The notes under the pieces were generated by a model. The model saw only the letters and a list, made by a program, of their open reading frames with translations. It searched no databases and had not been told where the DNA came from. A stretch of 63,604 bases of DNA, filler included, from Octopus bimaculoides (Eukaryota), in assembly GCF_001194135.2 (NCBI RefSeq). It is 7 parts of 6 records of this genome, joined end to end, with 100 filler letters (N's around TTAATTAATTAA, not from the genome) between each part and the next. Parts side by side here need not be neighbours in the genome. Positions count along the whole stretch, not along the records: positions 62,054 to 63,604 come from NC_068987.1; 6 more parts are not named here. One strand, given 5' to 3'. A program made the position numbers and the translations under genes. The stretch's first letter is position 1. Every line of letters begins with the position of its first letter. Shown piece by piece: positions 62,859-63,604 of this stretch.

Positions 62859-62979
62859 TTGTTTGTGTGTGTGTGTGTATGAATGAGGCATGAAGGTATT
62901 GGTTGGCCTGGNNNNNNNNNNNNNNNNNNNNNNNNNTGTGTGTGTGTGTGTGTGTGTGTGTGTTTGTTTGTGTGTGTGT

Positions 62980-63115
62980 GTGTATGAATGAGGCATGAAG
63001 GTATTGGTTGGCCTGGGGTTATAGTAAAAGACACTTACCCATGATGCCACACAGTGAGACTGAACCAGAGACCAGCTGGTTGCAAAGCAAGCTTCTCAAC
63101 CACACAGCCATGGTT
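62980..63115 (-). mobile_element. CORE-type SINE 5' half
   Basis: gacacttacccatgatgccacacagtgagactgaacc...gcaagcttctcaaccacacagccatg. Confidence 0.8.
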
Positions 63116-63604
63116 CTGGCAAATGCATCATCTCCAAATCTATTGGCTGTGGATAGATAGAGTACGTGTTTATAAGAGAAAGAAACAGACTGCGAGAGGA
63201 CAGAAGAGAAGCAGATAATATAGTAAATAGCAAAAGAGTTTCAAAACTGTAATATAATGAAACTAAAAGCCATTTCTGCTTTTCTGGCAATTTCATTCTA
63301 TGGCAAATTTAACTTAAAATTTGTTGGTTGGATATCTATGTACTTAACTTCTTGCAGCTCTGATTCAAACATTTTTGGCAGATTTATACACACATGGTGT
63401 TGACATGTACACACTCGCACACATGCAACTCGCTCAGCCATAATTTTTTAAGAGTAATATTTCTTCAACTGTCACTGGCATTCTTGTGTTTTTAAAAAAC
63501 ATTCTTTGCAGAGAACAGTTATTGTTTAGAGAAACTGAAGATATGTCTAGTTCACGCTAGATATGAAACCAATGGTATTTCTCTAAAACTGTTACTTTGC
63601 ACAT

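Noticed and set aside
62054-63604. LTR pair or segmental duplication from the 135-bp direct repeat
   Set aside because: One copy starts exactly at a spacer and the other is cut by the window end. The interior is microsatellite and SINE with no gag/pol, PBS or PPT. It could be allelic or an assembly effect.

Overview
AT-rich, repeat-dense animal genomic DNA. It is most likely an octopus-type cephalopod, inferred from the two dominant tRNA-derived SINE families, one with a CORE-like 'gcaccttgggcaagt' block. There are no prokaryotic features, rRNA, bona fide tRNA genes or CRISPR arrays. Six identical 100-bp artificial spacers (44 N + TTAATTAATTAA + 44 N) split the window into seven independently assembled blocks, so links across them are unproven. 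Coding content is sparse and spliced. Block 1 has a short interrupted collagen exon (4219-4651) with phase-compatible neighbours. Block 2 has a two-exon candidate cationic peptide-precursor end (18069-18290 + 27994-28079). Block 3 has three phase-compatible exons of an unrecognised gene (33888-42418). Block 4 has a possible polyQ terminal exon. The transposon content is the most interesting part. It includes a GG-ended, 8-bp-TSD foldback element carrying back-to-back (CCCTAA)n-(TTAGGG)n arrays, a stack of R4/Dong-type LINE 3' ends mostly in (TAA)n tracts, and head-to-tail SINE arrays. It also has mariner, hAT and piggyBac MITEs, RTE remnants, a ~400-bp near-perfect palindrome, a 1.6-kb Penelope-like inverted structure and a 62/63-bp dimeric minisatellite. 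Most long ORFs in the supplied track are microsatellite or N-gap artefacts. SINE boundaries are approximate and family names come from recognition, not a database search.
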